A stretch of DNA of 64,000 nucleotides from an uncultured Methanoregulaceae archaeon (GTDB lineage Archaea > Halobacteriota > Methanomicrobia > Methanomicrobiales > Methanospirillaceae). Shown here one piece after another: positions 62,502 to 64,000 of the stretch; positions within the stretch are counted from its first letter, which is position 1, and each line of letters opens with the position of its first letter. Below the pieces are notes generated by a model that was not told the origin of the DNA, did no database searches, and was given only the letters and a program-made list of their open reading frames with translations. Location: positions 224,001 through 288,000 of the forward strand of contig OY969564.1 of NCBI GenBank assembly GCA_963701095.1, in the 5' to 3' direction. Position numbers and translations under genes: made by a program.

Positions 62502-64000
62502 ACATTCAGGGTCCAAAGTCCCGCTCCGGATCAGTATGCGCTCTACCGGCGTGCTATCATCGATTCATTCATCAAACTCGACCCAAGGACGTTGTATCAC
62601 AATGTAGTGATGTTTACCGTTGAGATTGGTAGCGTACTCACCACCCTTCTCTGGATCCAGGCACTCCTTGGGCACGGTGAAGCACCGGCAGGATTTATCG
62701 GTGCTGTATCAATCTGGCTCTGGTTCACGGTTCTTTTTGCAAACTTTGCCGAAGCGCTCGCCGAAGGCAGGGGAAAAGCCCAGGCTGAAGCACTGCGTAA
62801 AATGCGACAGGATACTGCAGGAAAGAAACTGAATTCAGAGTATATTGTCGTAAAAGGAAAAGAGCCGGAACCTTCAGATTATACCGTTGTTTCTTCGGCG
62901 GTCCTGCGCAAAAATGATGTCTTCTATGTCAAAGCCGGCGACACAATCCCGGTAGATGGCGAGGTGATTGAAGGCATCGCATCCATCAACGAAAGCGCCA
63001 TTACCGGGGAAAGTGCGCCAGTGATTCGCGAATCCGGTGGCGATCGCAGTGCCGTCACGGGAGGAACAAGTATCCTTTCAGACTGGCTCGTTGTCCGAGT
63101 GAGTGCAGATCCGGGGGAAGGCTTCCTCGATCGTATGATCTCTCTCATTGAAGGAGCCAAACGGCAGAAAACACCCAACGAGGTAGCGCTTAATATCCTC
63201 CTTGTCGGCCTGACTTCCATCTTTGTCGTTGTGTCTGCGACCCTCTATGCATTCTCGGCATACAGCGTCCAGTCTGCCGGTGCCGGGACGACAGTTACAA
63301 TCACCGTCCTTGTGGCACTTTTTGTTTGTCTTGCACCAACTACAATTGGGGGTCTCCTCTCAGCCATCGGTATCGCAGGCATGGACCGGTTGATCCGGAA
63401 GAACGTGATTACAACTTCCGGGAGAGCCATTGAGGCTGCCGGGGATGTGGATGTCCTTCTCCTTGACAAGACCGGGACAATCACGCTCGGGAACCGTCAA
63501 GCCGTGGAATTTATCCCGGTTGACAATGTGGAAATTGCGGATCTTGCGGAAAATGCCCAGCTTGCATCTCTTGCAGATGAGACTCCCGAAGGCCGTAGCA
63601 TTGTCGTTCTGGCTAAGGAGAAGTATGATCTTCGGGGAAGGACTGTTGGAGACGGTAACGAAATGCAGTTCATCCCGTTCACCAGCCAGACCCGGATGAG
63701 CGGCGTGGATAATGATGGTATCCGTATTCGCAAAGGCGCGGCAGACGCAATATATGAATACATCGAGAACAGCGGTGAGATAGTATCCGAGAATCTCAAA
63801 ACGGTTGTTGAGATGATTTCACGGGCTGGAGGCACACCCCTTGTTGTCGCGAAAAACGGGAAAGCTCTCGGTGTTATTCATTTAAAAGATATTGTGAAAG
63901 GCGGTATAAAAGAACGGTTTGCCCAGCTGCGGAAGATGGGTATCAAAACGGTGATGATCACCGGTGATAACCGTCTTACCGCAGCAACGATAGCCGCAGA
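62494..64000 (+). CDS. kdpB: Potassium-transporting P-type ATPase KdpB (runs off window; frameshift near 5' end ~62510-62525)
   Basis: [59 protein letters not shown]. Confidence 0.95.

Overview
Chromosomal window from a hydrogenotrophic methanogen (archaeon; gene content and order suggest Methanomicrobiales, Methanoregula/Methanosphaerula-like, which is an inference). In order: end of the ACDS/CODH operon (cdhA partial, cdhB, C, D, E) plus a RACo-type ASKHA corrinoid activator; AI-2E transporter; tRNA-Leu(TAG); hybrid REC-PAS-histidine kinase; archaeal pilin; DUF2207; GATase; ACT-hom-(HTH/Mmp11-like) operon; IMPase/FBPase and NAD kinase; aIF-5A; archaellum cluster (flaB x2, flaD/E-like, G, F, H, I, J) joined to cheF-Y-B-A-C-D; a ribosome rescue cluster (ABCE1, EMC6-like/PKD, rqcH, pelota, FKBP, CYTH); a Mo-type nif cluster (nifH-I1-I2-D-K-E-N-fdx-anfO-like) with a long structured leader; and a kdpC-kdpA fusion followed by kdpB. 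The most unusual part is 53.9-58.8 kb. There a GlnK and a bacterial-type membrane Ser/Thr kinase converge on an operon of APC permease, PP2C phosphatase and a second, atypical NifI1/NifI2-like PII pair, with a perfect GGAA-N6-TTCC (NrpR-type) site upstream. This is a candidate undescribed PII/phosphorylation system for nitrogen (or N/K+) control. About nine genes carry small frameshifts, most likely long-read assembly errors. All calls come from motif recognition by eye; no database search was run.
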